A DNA stretch of 14,294 bases from a virus. Its lineage: Duplodnaviria; Heunggongvirae; Uroviricota; Caudoviricetes. The stretch covers positions 1 to 14,294 of IMG/VR virus record IMGVR_UViG_3300028952_000022; one strand, 5' to 3'. Under the pieces are notes generated by a model, which worked only from the letters and a program-made list of their open reading frames with translations, made no database searches and was not told where the DNA came from. The position numbers and the translations under genes are program-made. Every line of letters starts with the position of its first letter. The stretch's first letter is position 1. Of this stretch, positions 7,917 to 14,294 are shown piece by piece.

Positions 7917-8486
7917 GTGACTCTTAAACGGGCCTGTTCCCTGCTGACGGTGAAATCCTTCAGTGAGGATGAACGGGTGATCACCGGGATTGCGTCAACG
8001 CCTTCTCCGGATCGGGATGGTGACATCCTGGAGCCGGAGGGCGCGGAGTTTGGCAGTGCGATCCCGTTTCTCTGGCAGCATGACCATTCCCGCCCGGTGG
8101 GGCAGTGTACGGTGCGCCGGGTCAGCGAAGGGCTGGAAATCACGGCAACACTGGTGAAGCCCGTACCGGATATGCCGTCGCAACTGGCTGCCCGGCTGGA
8201 TGAGGTCTGGGCGGCCATTAAGACCGGGCTGGTCAGGGGGCTGTCCGTGGGCTTCCGTCCCCATGAATACACCTTTCTGGACGGAGGCGGACTGCATTTT
8301 CTGCGCTGGGAACTGATGGAGGTGTCTGCCGTCACCGTGCCCGCGAATGCGGAATGCACCATCCGGACCATTAAATCTTACGACCGCCCGTTTTCTGCCG
8401 CGTCCGGCAACCGGAAACCGGTGGTGAAAATCGCATCTTCTGACCGGAACGCCAACAACACCAACTGCGCGACAGGGAACGAATAA
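7917..8486 (+). CDS. HK97-family prohead protease (peptidase S78/U35), GTG start
   Basis: CAGGAGG RBS 6 nt upstream of GTG 7917; motifs 'FLWQHD' and 'GLSVGF' typical of HK97 gp4-like proteases. The C-terminal ~30 aa ('[30 protein letters not shown]') may be junction-derived. Confidence 0.75.
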   Translation: MTLKRACSLLTVKSFSEDERVITGIASTPSPDRDGDILEPEGAEFGSAIPFLWQHDHSRPVGQCTVRRVSEGLEITATLVKPVPDMPSQLAARLDEVWAAIKTGLVRGLSVGFRPHEYTFLDGGGLHFLRWELMEVSAVTVPANAECTIRTIKSYDRPFSAASGNRKPVVKIASSDRNANNTNCATGNE

Positions 8487-9747
8487 TACCCAAATCGCAA
8501 GCACGGCTTATGTTATGGCTGCGATCGCTGCCCTCGTGGACTCGTCGCCTGACGCACTGAATACGCTGAACGAGCTGGCTGCGGCGTTGGGCAACGACCC
8601 GAATTTTGCGACCACCATGACTAGCGCGCTTGCGGGTAAGCAACCGAAAGATGCCACCCTGACGGCGCTGGCCGGGCTTGCTACTGCGGCAGACAGGTTT
8701 CCGTATTTTACGGGGAATGATGTTGCCAGTCTGGCAACCCTGACAAAAGTTGGGCGGGATATTCTTGCGAAATCGACCGTTGCCGCCGTTATCGAATACC
8801 TCGGTTTACGAGAACTCGGCACAAGCGGGGAGAAAATACCGTTACTCAGTACAGCGAATACCTGGACTAATCGACAAACATTCAGCGGTGGCCTTTCTGG
8901 TGAACTATCCGGCAATGCTTCTACAGCTGCAAAATTAAAAACTGCCAGGAAAATAAGCAATGTGGCTTTTGATGGTTCCTCCGATATCACATTAAAAGCA
9001 AGTCATGTTGGTGCGTTTGCCTTAGGGAAAACAGGAAGCACCGTTGCGAATGATAAAGCAGTTGGATGGAACTGGAGTAGCGGAGCCTATAACGCAACTA
9101 TTAGTGGTGCATCAACGTTAATTATTCATTTTTATATGGGAGAAGGAAGTTGTCCTGCAGCTCAGTTTCGGATTAATTATAAAAATGGCGGTATTTTTTA
9201 TCGTTCAGCCCGTGATGGTTATGGTTTTGAAGCCGACTGGTCCGAATTTTACACCACCACCAGAAAGCCTTCAGCAGGAGATGTTGGTGCACTGCCGTTA
9301 TCTGGTGGTCAACTGAATGGTGCACTGGGTATCGGAACATCCAGTGCTCTTGGCGGTAATTCGATTGTATTGGGTGATAATGACACGGGCTTTAAACAAA
9401 ATGGCGATGGTAATCTGGATGTTTATGCTAATAACGTCCATGTTATGCGCTTTGTCTCCGGAAGCATTCAAAGTAATAAAACCATAAATATTACAGGGCG
9501 TGTTAACCCCTCGGATTACGGTAACTTTGATTCCCGTTATGTGAAAGATGTTCGACTTGGTTCACAGCAATATTATGGAGTGAACAACTGGCAAACATGG
9601 AATTTCCAGTGCCCTTCAGGTCATGTATTGTCTGGTATTAATGTTCAGGATACAGGGTCTAACTCTGCCGATAATATAGCGGGCGTTTATTACAGACCCG
9701 TTCAAAAGTATATAAATGGCACCTGGTATAATGTAGCGAGCGTTTAA
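8428..9747 (+). CDS. stf: Side tail-fibre protein, 5'-truncated (constant part Sc fused to variable part Sv); first ATG at 8515
   Basis: Frame is open from 8428; '[25 protein letters not shown]' is the conserved mid-fibre motif of lambda Stf / Mu S / P2 H type fibres, which normally lies several hundred residues into the protein. The C-terminal end '[19 protein letters not shown]' is a typical fibre tip. No N-terminal fibre domain is present. Confidence 0.8.
   Translation, partial: KSHLLTGTPTTPTARQGTNNTQIASTAYVMAAIAALVDSSPDALNTLNELAAALGNDPNFATTMTSALAGKQPKDATLTALAGLATAADRFPYFTGNDVASLATLTKVGRDILAKSTVAAVIEYLGLRELGTSGEKIPLLSTANTWTNRQTFSGGLSGELSGNASTAAKLKTARKISNVAFDGSSDITLKASHVGAFALGKTGSTVANDKAVGWNWSSGAYNATISGASTLIIHFYMGEGSCPAAQFRINYKNGGIFYRSARDGYGFEADWSEFYTTTRKPSAGDVGALPLSGGQLNGALGIGTSSALGGNSIVLGDNDTGFKQNGDGNLDVYANNVHVMRFVSGSIQSNKTINITGRVNPSDYGNFDSRYVKDVRLGSQQYYGVNNWQTWNFQCPSGHVLSGINVQDTGSNSADNIAGVYYRPVQKYINGTWYNVASV
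8789..8814 (+). repeat. Left crossover site of the invertible segment (gix/pix-like)
   Basis: TTATCGAATACCTCGGTTTACGAGAA lies inside the tail-fibre ORF; it matches the reverse complement of the right site (11870-11895) at 21 of 26 positions. Confidence 0.7.
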
Positions 9748-9748
9748 T

Positions 9749-10282
9749 ATGATGCACTTAAAGAACATAAAAGCGGGTAATGCTAAAACACTGGAACAGT
9801 ATGAGTTAACAAAGAAACACGGAGTTATCTGGCTTTACTCTGAGGACGGAAAAAACTGGTATGAGGAAGTGAAAAACTTTCAGCCAGACACCATAAAGAT
9901 TGTTTACGATGAAAATAATATTATTGTTGCCATAACCAAAGATGCCTCCACACTTAACCCTGAAGGTTATAGCGTCGTTGAGATTCCTGATATTACCGCC
10001 AACCGGCGTGCTGACGACTCAGGTAAATGGATGTTTAAAGATGGCGCAGTCATTAAACGTGTATATACCGAAGAAGAGTTGCGCCTACAGACGGAAAACC
10101 AGAAAAAAATATTATTACAGCAGGCCAGAGAAAAAACGCAGTTCTGGCAAACACAGCTTACTTTGGGGATTATCACTGATTCAGACAGACAGCAACTGAT
10201 GAACTGGATGCGATACGTGCAACAGGTTGAGACAACTGATACCTCGGTTCTTCCTGTAACATTCCCGGAACCACCAGAATAA
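9749..10282 (+). CDS. tfa: Tail fibre assembly protein (Tfa) for the currently expressed fibre tip
   Basis: '[41 protein letters not shown]...ITANRRAD...' is Tfa/gpU-like; it starts 2 nt after the fibre stop. Confidence 0.85.
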   Translation: MMHLKNIKAGNAKTLEQYELTKKHGVIWLYSEDGKNWYEEVKNFQPDTIKIVYDENNIIVAITKDASTLNPEGYSVVEIPDITANRRADDSGKWMFKDGAVIKRVYTEEELRLQTENQKKILLQQAREKTQFWQTQLTLGIITDSDRQQLMNWMRYVQQVETTDTSVLPVTFPEPPE

Positions 10283-10283
10283 G

Positions 10284-10310
10284 AAAAGGCCCGTACGGGC
10301 CTTAATTTGT
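10284..10310. terminator. Bidirectional terminator between the convergent tfa genes
   Basis: Perfect palindrome AAGGCCCGTACGGGCCTT (10286-10303), with T-rich sequence on both strands after the hairpin. Confidence 0.6.
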
Positions 10311-10312
10311 TG

Positions 10313-10840
10313 TTATTCTGGTTTCTGTGGCCATTCAGGCTTTGCAGTATCCACACGGCTGACCATAACGCTGTAGCGTTCCCATGATTCCAGTCGTGTG
10401 CGTTCCTCATCAGTTGCCATATTCAGTCTGACAGCACGTTCCAGCGGTTGAATCACAGACTCCGCTTCGGAAAGCAAAGCGGCTTTTTGTAACTCTGCCT
10501 GCTGTTGCAGTTCCTGTTTTGTATATTCCCGCTTTACTACTTTACCATCCAGAAACTTCCAGTTTCCCGAGATATCGGCGCGACGGTTGGCTGTTATATT
10601 CGGTAACTCAACAACACTTAACCCGTCAGGGTTAAGTGTTGATACGTCTTTCTCAATACAACGAATAATCCCCTTCTGGTCATAAGCTATTTTTAAAGTA
10701 TCATCCTGAAAGTTTTTTAATTCGTCATACCAGTTTTTACCGTCTTCTGTATATAGCCAGATAACGCCAGCTTTTTTCGTAAGCTGATACTGCTCAATGG
10801 TTTTGGGGTTTCCGGCGGTAATATTTTTCAGATGTTGCAT
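10313..10840 (-). CDS. tfa: Tail fibre assembly protein, alternative copy (Tfa') in the inverted arm
   Basis: '[41 protein letters not shown]...[13 protein letters not shown]...' is paralogous to the plus-strand Tfa; AGGAGA RBS upstream on the minus strand. Confidence 0.85.
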   Translation of the reverse strand: MQHLKNITAGNPKTIEQYQLTKKAGVIWLYTEDGKNWYDELKNFQDDTLKIAYDQKGIIRCIEKDVSTLNPDGLSVVELPNITANRRADISGNWKFLDGKVVKREYTKQELQQQAELQKAALLSEAESVIQPLERAVRLNMATDEERTRLESWERYSVMVSRVDTAKPEWPQKPE

Positions 10841-10855
10841 ATATTCTCCTGATGG

Positions 10856-11887
10856 CTATGCCTGTTCAACGTTATACCAGTTACCAGAAATGTATTTTTG
10901 TAGTGGTCGTGACACCATCCAGTCATCTCCATCAACCTCACCAATAATTTGCAATCCTGTTGTCACATGACCATTACCTGGTTCGCAAAGTCCTCCGCGA
11001 TATAATGTGTCAGAACGTCTGCCTCCCAGACGCACATTTCTGATAAAAGAACTATTCAGGTAATCATTTAAGTTTGACCCCCAGCACCCACCAAATATAT
11101 TTCCATCGGTGTTATAACGGACGCCACCCGCAATAAGAGCACCCGGTGAAATAAAGGATTTATCGTTCGGGTTAAACTGCCATAAAGCATCATTACCGCC
11201 ATCGCCACGCATATGAATACATGGAACCGGAAATCCATACTGTTCTGTCAGTAAATACCCAAAGCTGACCGCGCCGGGATAGCCCTGTCCATTGCGAATG
11301 GACAAGCCCTTAACTATCGGCACGTAATGACCACCAGGAGTGGGATTCCAGGCAAACTGCGTCTGAACAAAAGGCGCGGTGGCATTATTCAACTGGTCTG
11401 CAAATGCGCCACTTCCATCAGGAATTATTCCCTGATGAATATATGCAACCCGCTTATAAAAATCAGCAGATGCGGGTTGAAGCCCAAATGCCAGTTGTCC
11501 ATTTGAATAGAATAAAAGGACACCGTCGCCGCCCTGTTTAATACCAGTGTCGTTATCTCCGAGAGTAATGGAATTACCGCCCAGTGCGTTATCTGTACCA
11601 AGCGCCAGCCCACCATCAATTTTGGCCCCGTGGCTGACAGATATAGCACCTGTTCTCAGATTTATAGCGAATGGCCTTAATGGGCCGATATCACCGTTTT
11701 CGCCTTGTCCTTCAGCCGTCGGAATGAAATGAAGAAAATCTTCTGAACGACGGAAAATAAGACCGAAGGCATCATTGAAAATTCGCAGCGCATTCACCGT
11801 GCCAATTTTCAGTTCTCCGGTCATTTTATCGCCGGAACGCTGAACGGCGTTACCAGCCTTGTTTACCGTTTCCTGTAAACCGAGGTT
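10856..11887 (-). CDS. Alternative tail-fibre C-terminal variable segment (Sv'), silent in this orientation (no upstream Sc on this strand)
   Basis: Minus-strand frame is open from 11887 (just inside the right crossover site) to the stop at 10856; fibre-tip sequence '...GNSITLGDNDTGIKQGGDG...QKYISGNWYNVEQA' parallels the plus-strand Sv ('[19 protein letters not shown]...[14 protein letters not shown]'). Confidence 0.75.
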   Translation of the reverse strand, partial: NLGLQETVNKAGNAVQRSGDKMTGELKIGTVNALRIFNDAFGLIFRRSEDFLHFIPTAEGQGENGDIGPLRPFAINLRTGAISVSHGAKIDGGLALGTDNALGGNSITLGDNDTGIKQGGDGVLLFYSNGQLAFGLQPASADFYKRVAYIHQGIIPDGSGAFADQLNNATAPFVQTQFAWNPTPGGHYVPIVKGLSIRNGQGYPGAVSFGYLLTEQYGFPVPCIHMRGDGGNDALWQFNPNDKSFISPGALIAGGVRYNTDGNIFGGCWGSNLNDYLNSSFIRNVRLGGRRSDTLYRGGLCEPGNGHVTTGLQIIGEVDGDDWMVSRPLQKYISGNWYNVEQA

Positions 11888-11895
11888 TTAGATAA
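11870..11895 (+). repeat. Right crossover site of the invertible segment (gix-like)
   Basis: Plus strand TTCCTGTAAACCGAGGTTTTAGATAA; its reverse complement TTATCTAAAACCTCGGTTTACAGGAA is, from memory, within 1 nt of the phage Mu gix site. Confidence 0.75.
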
Positions 11896-11949
11896 TGGCG
11901 GTTTCTGGCCTGCATGGCATGATTTGTGCTTTTGGACGGGAGATTCAGC

Positions 11950-12190
11950 GTGCTGATTGGCTATGTAAGGGTATCAACAAATGACCAGAATACAGATCTG
12001 CAACGAAACGCTCTTGTTTGTGCAGGATATGAACAAATATTTGAAGATAAATTAAGCGGAACAAGGACAGGCCGACCTGGATTAAAACGTGCTTTAAAGC
12101 GCCTTCAAAAAGGTGACGCACTGGTTGTCTGAAAACTGGACTGACTGGTTCACTGTATGCGGCATCTTGTCGTGCTGGTGGTGGAAGCCT
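11950..12190 (+). pseudogene. pin: Pin/Gin/Hin-family serine DNA invertase, truncated (N-terminal ~61 aa intact, then in-frame stops and decay)
   Basis: GTG 11950: 'MLIGYVRVSTNDQNTDLQRNALVCAGYEQIFEDKLSGTRTGRPGLKRALKRLQKGDALVV*'. This matches the Pin/Gin N-terminus including the catalytic Ser in 'VSTNDQ', but TGA stops replace the expected W/R codons ('VV*KLD*L...'); the resolvase core and the C-terminal HTH are absent. Confidence 0.8.
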
Positions 12191-12192
12191 AG

Positions 12193-12325
12193 AAAAAGTA
12201 TCGGGTGTTACTGAACCGTGTTGATACATCAACTGCACCTGATATTGAGTGGCCTACGAACCCTGTCAGGGAGTAATCATTGGGATTATGCCGCAGCACG
12301 TCTTAAGCAAGAACGTGCTGCGGTT
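12193..12325 (+). repeat. Direct repeat copy 1: tfa 3'-end fragment ('...[25 protein letters not shown]') plus an 11-bp-stem hairpin (12291-12323)
   Basis: ~130 bp, near-identical to 13245-13378; hairpin CCGCAGCACGT-n11-ACGTGCTGCGG. Confidence 0.7.
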
Positions 12326-12330
12326 GGATG

Positions 12331-12999
12331 CTATTTTTTCCCTGAAGCGGAAAACATTACTACAGTACCTTGAACCTTGGTTTTAACATTCTCGAAATGC
12401 TCTGAGAGTATATGTGTTAAGCCTTCTTCGGAATCTTTTGTGTTTGAAAAGATGCCTTTCTGATTGTAAATGCGCATCAGTTTTTGACCGAAGCTATTGT
12501 GCACAACTCCATCGCCAAGAATTGTGGCTCCGTATAGAGTTCCATCGTCAGTTAAGGCCTGCGCCGCATTGCGTATTACACAGCTTTTTGTAGATATATT
12601 TCCAGGCAGGCAGTGAAGAAGGTAAAACATGGAAATGGAATCAAATTGACCATGTAACGCCGCGGGATAAGGTTCAAAAACATCATGGCTAATTTTATGT
12701 TTAATTTTTGATTCCCCAGCCCTTGTAGATGCCGCGTTCAGGCTAGCTTCGTTCAAATCCATTAAAGATATCAGACTACTCTCAGGTACGTGAGTAAGGT
12801 AAAACCCAGTTCCAACACCAATATCCAGATGGTTGTTACCTACATGTTCCAGAAAGTGTGGAAGAAGGTGTTCCTTTGTAGGACATCCCCATGCAAGCCG
12901 ATTTGATACTCCCAAAACCCACCAGTCATAAAGCTTTAGGGTAAGTGGTGTGTAAATTTTAGCCCCATCATCTGTGTTTTTTTTCATTGATTTCACCAT
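12331..12999 (-). CDS. Class I SAM-dependent methyltransferase (Rossmann fold), substrate unknown; probable true start at ATG 12987 (GGTGA RBS)
   Basis: Motif I 'LDIGVGTGFY' (GxGxG), acidic post-beta2 'LMDLN'; no DPPY/NPPF-type DNA-MTase motif IV seen. Visibly AT-rich relative to neighbouring phage genes. Confidence 0.65.
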   Translation of the reverse strand: MVKSMKKNTDDGAKIYTPLTLKLYDWWVLGVSNRLAWGCPTKEHLLPHFLEHVGNNHLDIGVGTGFYLTHVPESSLISLMDLNEASLNAASTRAGESKIKHKISHDVFEPYPAALHGQFDSISMFYLLHCLPGNISTKSCVIRNAAQALTDDGTLYGATILGDGVVHNSFGQKLMRIYNQKGIFSNTKDSEEGLTHILSEHFENVKTKVQGTVVMFSASGKK

Positions 13000-13055
13000 G
13001 TTATAGTTTTATTTGTGAATTAAATCAATTATGGCGATGAATTACAAGGGGTTAA

Positions 13056-13325
13056 ATGCTGCCGCAGCATAGCGATATTGAAATAGCCTGGTATGCTTCG
13101 ATACAGCAGGAGCCGAATGGCTGGAAGACCGTCACCACACAGTTCTACATCCAGGAATTCAGTGAGTATATTGCGCCACTGCAGGATGCTGTAGATCTGG
13201 AAATCGCAACGGAGGAAGAAAGATCGTTGCTGGAGGCATGGAATAAATATCGGGTATTGTTGAATCGTGTTGATACATCAACTGCACCTGATATTGAGTG
13301 GCCTGCAAATCCTGTCAGGGAGTAA
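13056..13325 (+). CDS. Truncated/chimeric tail fibre assembly protein fragment (89 aa)
   Basis: C-terminal ~50 aa '[53 protein letters not shown]' matches the conserved Tfa C-terminus; the N-terminal 35 aa are unrelated to the Tfa N-domain. AAGGGG RBS before the ATG. Confidence 0.45.
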   Translation: MLPQHSDIEIAWYASIQQEPNGWKTVTTQFYIQEFSEYIAPLQDAVDLEIATEEERSLLEAWNKYRVLLNRVDTSTAPDIEWPANPVRE

Positions 13326-13378
13326 TCATTGGGATTATGCCGCAGACACGTCGTATGCAGGAACGTGCTGCGGTTAGT
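13245..13378 (+). repeat. Direct repeat copy 2 (tfa 3' end plus imperfect hairpin)
   Basis: Near-identical to 12193-12325; includes an identical 39-bp core 'cgtgttgatacatcaactgcacctgatattgagtggcct'. Confidence 0.7.
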
Positions 13379-13439
13379 TTGTGAGCTTTCGATAGTGGTT
13401 GTTATTTTTGCCCTTATTTGTTCCGGAGGCCATGGTTCA

Positions 13440-13610
13440 ATGGTCCGTCTGCCCCCTGTGGTGATGTCAGCAAAATCAGCCACTGCGCGAACCACAATAG
13501 CCCGGGAAGATGCTGAAGATCACCAGGTAAAGCTGTCAGCGCAGAAACTGGAAGAACTGCTCGCATCAATGGTTAAGGATGAGGTTGATCGCAATGATGG
13601 GATTTATTGA
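13440..13610 (+). CDS. Hypothetical small protein (56 aa)
   Basis: ATG 13440 with GGAGG 10 nt upstream: 'MVRLPPVVMSAKSATARTTIAREDAEDHQVKLSAQKLEELLASMVKDEVDRNDGIY*'. The annotated track start at 13329 lies inside the repeat hairpin and is unlikely. Confidence 0.3.
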   Translation: MVRLPPVVMSAKSATARTTIAREDAEDHQVKLSAQKLEELLASMVKDEVDRNDGIY

Positions 13611-13706
13611 CGTCAGCGAGAGCAGAAGGAAGAACTGAATAACCTGAATGATTTACGCTCAATCAGAGCGATGGCGATTAGCGGCAATCACGCTCGATAA
13701 AATTAA

Positions 13707-13729
13707 CCCCGGTGATCATCCGGGGTTTT
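13707..13729. terminator. Terminator hairpin, probably bidirectional, between the convergent small ORF and the Rha gene
   Basis: CCCCGG-tgatcat-CCGGGG followed by TTTT on the plus strand; on the minus strand the Rha gene stop (13737-13739) lies 8 nt upstream. Confidence 0.55.
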
Positions 13730-13736
13730 GCATTCA

Positions 13737-14294
13737 TTAAAATCGCATCAACCTTTCCACCAATTGTTCTTTACGGGCAACGATCCACCCATGTTGCTCC
13801 AGATAAAATTTAAACCGTTCCAGCGTGCATACCATCGCATCGGCGGGGACTTTTTCTGTGAACTCGACCTGACCGTGTTTATCGAAGTGGATCAGTAATG
13901 CGCATCCATTATTTGGGGCGGGGGAGTTTTGTGCTGCAGGAGGACGTTTGTGGAGTTCTTCTTCCATTGCGTTAAATTTTTCAATGTAAGCTTCTTTTAG
14001 TCTGGCTGCTTTTTTGCCAGTAAATCCCATTACGAGGAACATGAAGCCGTCTTTTGTGATCAGGTAGCATCGTGATTCACGTTCTGCGCCGTTGCCAATT
14101 TCGACAGTCTGAACATCGGCCGAAAAGTTGGCTGATGTAAATTCGGGAGAGCAGTCGAGTGTGTCAATCTTAGCTAAAACGTGTTTATGTTGTTTATCGA
14201 AGTAGTCGGCAACAGCTTGAGAGGTGGTAACCAGGCGACCATCTTTGAAAAAGACTTTTGGTGACTCGTTAGAAAAAGTTATAGCTGTATTCAT
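13737..14294 (-). CDS. Phage regulatory protein, Rha family (185 aa); start codon at the window edge
   Basis: 'VTTSQAVADYFDKQHKHVLAKIDTL...TKDGFMFLVMGFTGKKAARLKEAYIEKFNAMEEEL' is the Rha N-terminal domain signature; ATG is the reverse complement of 14292-14294. Confidence 0.7.
   Translation of the reverse strand: MNTAITFSNESPKVFFKDGRLVTTSQAVADYFDKQHKHVLAKIDTLDCSPEFTSANFSADVQTVEIGNGAERESRCYLITKDGFMFLVMGFTGKKAARLKEAYIEKFNAMEEELHKRPPAAQNSPAPNNGCALLIHFDKHGQVEFTEKVPADAMVCTLERFKFYLEQHGWIVARKEQLVERLMRF

Noticed and set aside
7904-8504. Minus-strand ORFs (155 aa and 169 aa) antisense to the prohead protease
   Set aside because: They overlap a gene with clear protease motifs and a good RBS; no start or RBS signal of their own; shadow-ORF composition.
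8508-8990. 160-aa minus-strand ORF antisense to the tail-fibre gene
   Set aside because: Overlaps the conserved tail-fibre motif region on the opposite strand; no recognisable family; likely spurious.
9942-10410. 85-aa plus-strand and 147-aa minus-strand ORFs overlapping the two tfa genes
   Set aside because: Alternative-frame or antisense ORFs within well-supported Tfa genes.
11926-11949. Upstream extension of the pin ORF (track start 11926, 'MLLDGRFSV...')
   Set aside because: Pin/Gin-family proteins begin at 'MLIGYVRVSTNDQ'; the GTG at 11950 reproduces that N-terminus, so the longer frame is probably not translated.
13329-13439. Track ORF start at ATG 13329 for the 93-aa protein
   Set aside because: That ATG lies inside the repeat/hairpin immediately after the Tfa-fragment stop and has no RBS; the internal ATG 13440 with GGAGG upstream is the more plausible start.
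1-14294. CRISPR array, tRNA or rRNA genes
   Set aside because: No regularly spaced short direct repeats with unique spacers and no cloverleaf-like or rRNA-like conserved stretches were seen by eye; the repeats present are explained by the gix sites, the tfa duplications and the cos-like palindromes.

Overview
This window reads as the late region of a degenerate (cryptic) lambdoid prophage of an Enterobacteriaceae host, most likely E. coli/Shigella-like. All calls rest on reading the supplied ORF translations and the raw sequence against remembered protein families; no database search was run. From 5' to 3' it contains: (1) a NanS-p-type sialate O-acetylesterase gene followed by a lysis cassette (S21-like pinholin interrupted by a 20-N gap, a frameshifted YdfR/DUF1327-like gene, SAR-type endolysin R, Rz/Rz1 spanins) with an unusual ~640-bp insert of small hydrophobic-peptide ORFs between R and Rz; (2) a YlcI-like gene on the minus strand, then an HK97-style packaging module (HNH endonuclease, cos-like repeat region, TerS, TerL, prohead protease); (3) an abrupt jump from the protease into the middle of a side tail-fibre gene, with no portal or capsid genes; (4) a Gin/Pin-type invertible tail-fibre segment (Sv-tfa / tfa'-Sv') bounded by gix-like crossover sites, next to a pin invertase that is a pseudogene; (5) a low-GC SAM-dependent methyltransferase moron bracketed by ~130-bp direct repeats derived from a tfa 3' end; (6) a Rha-family regulator on the minus strand at the window edge. 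No rRNA, tRNA or CRISPR array was seen.
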